The position numbers and the translations under genes are program-made. Of a stretch of DNA of 64,000 bases, positions 63,256 through 64,000 are shown piece after piece. The notes under the pieces are model-generated. The model ran no database searches and was not told the DNA's origin. It worked only from the letters and a program-made list of their open reading frames with translations. The DNA lies in assembly GCA_030739975.1 (NCBI GenBank), contig JASLYC010000063.1, positions 31,808 through 95,807 of the forward strand. The letters run 5' to 3'. Source of the stretch: Gammaproteobacteria bacterium (GTDB lineage Bacteria; Pseudomonadota; Gammaproteobacteria; PS1; Pseudothioglobaceae). How positions within the stretch are numbered: position 1 is the stretch's first letter; each line of letters starts with the position of its first letter.

Positions 63256-64000
63256 GTGAGCAAAGTACGCTACTCTGCATTTAAAGTTTTAAAAGAGGCT
63301 TTGTCAGGCCACAAGGGTTGGGAGCCCGTCTGGAGAGATGCGGAACCAAAAACTGAAGGTTACGATGTAATTATTGTTGGTGGAGGTGGTCATGGACTTG
63401 CCACTGCGTATTATTTGGCAAAAAATCATGGCATAACTAATGTTGCAGTTCTGGAGCGTGGTTGGATTGGCTCAGGCAACGTTGGAAGGAACACAACAAT
63501 TATACGTTCAAACTATTTATTACCAGGTAACGAACCATTCTATGAGCTATCTATGCAGTTATGGGAAAACTTAGAGCAAGATATTAACTACAATGCCATG
63601 GTCTCTCAACGAGGTATCATGAATCTAATTCATTCCGATGCACAGAGAGACGCTTTTGTACGCCGCGCTAATTCAATGCTTTTTGCAGATGCAGGAGCAG
63701 AGTATCTTAATCAAGACGACATAAAGGACAGATATCCATTTTTAGATGTAAAGAATGCACGCTTCCCAATTAAGGGAGCACTATCACAACCACGTGGCGG
63801 CACAGTTAGGCATGACGCTGTAGCATGGGGCTATGCCAGAGCTGCAAGTAACTTGGGCGTTGATATCATCCAGAATTGTGAGGTTAAAGGATTTAATATT
63901 GATAACGGGGTTTGTTCAGGAGTAAAAACAACCAAAGGTGACATAAAGGCAGGACGTGTTGCAGTATGCGTTGCTGGCTCTTCTGGAAGAGTTATGGCTC
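63256..64000 (+). CDS. soxB: Heterotetrameric sarcosine-oxidase-type beta subunit (or N-methylglutamate dehydrogenase homologue), truncated by window edge
   Basis: Open frame from the GTG at 63256 to the window end; absent from the ORF track because it has no stop. My translation: SKVRYSAFKVLKEALSGHKGWEPVWRDAEPKTEGYDVIIVGGGGHGLATAYYLAKNHGITNVAVLERGWIGSGNVGRNTTIIRSNY...RGGTVRHDAVAWGYARAAS, a typical SoxB. Confidence 0.8.
   Translation, partial: MSKVRYSAFKVLKEALSGHKGWEPVWRDAEPKTEGYDVIIVGGGGHGLATAYYLAKNHGITNVAVLERGWIGSGNVGRNTTIIRSNYLLPGNEPFYELSMQLWENLEQDINYNAMVSQRGIMNLIHSDAQRDAFVRRANSMLFADAGAEYLNQDDIKDRYPFLDVKNARFPIKGALSQPRGGTVRHDAVAWGYARAASNLGVDIIQNCEVKGFNIDNGVCSGVKTTKGDIKAGRVAVCVAGSSGRVMA

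Overview
AT-rich (high-30s % GC by eye), gene-dense chromosomal segment that looks like a streamlined marine gammaproteobacterium. A SUP05/Thioglobus-like heterotroph is only a guess from gene content. I recognised no rRNA, tRNA, CRISPR array, transposase, integrase or phage genes. Layout: (1) 1-24.7 kb is core housekeeping. It holds argC (fragment), accBC, an unusually long dsbD, grpE, nadK, recN, the complete atpIBEFHAGDC operon, two tandemly duplicated phasin-like genes flanking two small secreted proteins, and a contiguous cbb3 oxidase locus ccoNOQP-ccoGHIS (ccoQ and ccoS are under 60 aa and missing from the ORF track). (2) 24.9-42.8 kb holds a GntR regulator with prpBCD (methylcitrate cycle) plus an appended ThDP enzyme, a TAXI-type TRAP transporter, an Fnr-like regulator with an atypical C-terminal Cys cluster, hemN, an Amt-family channel with a co-transcribed 61-aa membrane peptide, and sucAB. 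Near-perfect AATTGAT-N4-ATCAATT (FNR-type) boxes precede ccoN, hemN/fnr and amt. (3) 43-64 kb is a methylated-amine / quaternary-amine C1 catabolic island. It holds a BHMT-like homocysteine methyltransferase, an XRE-cupin regulator, gmaS-mgsABC (N-methylglutamate pathway), an unknown 128-aa protein, tdm (TMAO demethylase), tmoXWV (TMAO ABC importer), tmm (TMA monooxygenase), folD, an orphan Rieske oxygenase, a GcvA-like LysR regulator, and two tandem SoxB-like flavoproteins (the last runs off the window). The most interesting open questions are: the missing dimethylamine-oxidation step, with the orphan Rieske oxygenase and the unknown 128-aa protein as candidates; the Amt plus mini-peptide pair; the duplicated phasin locus with a conserved PhaR-like operator; the tandem-alpha-domain DsbD; and the C-terminal-cluster Fnr. 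All functional calls come from reading the translated sequences against remembered family signatures. No database search was run.
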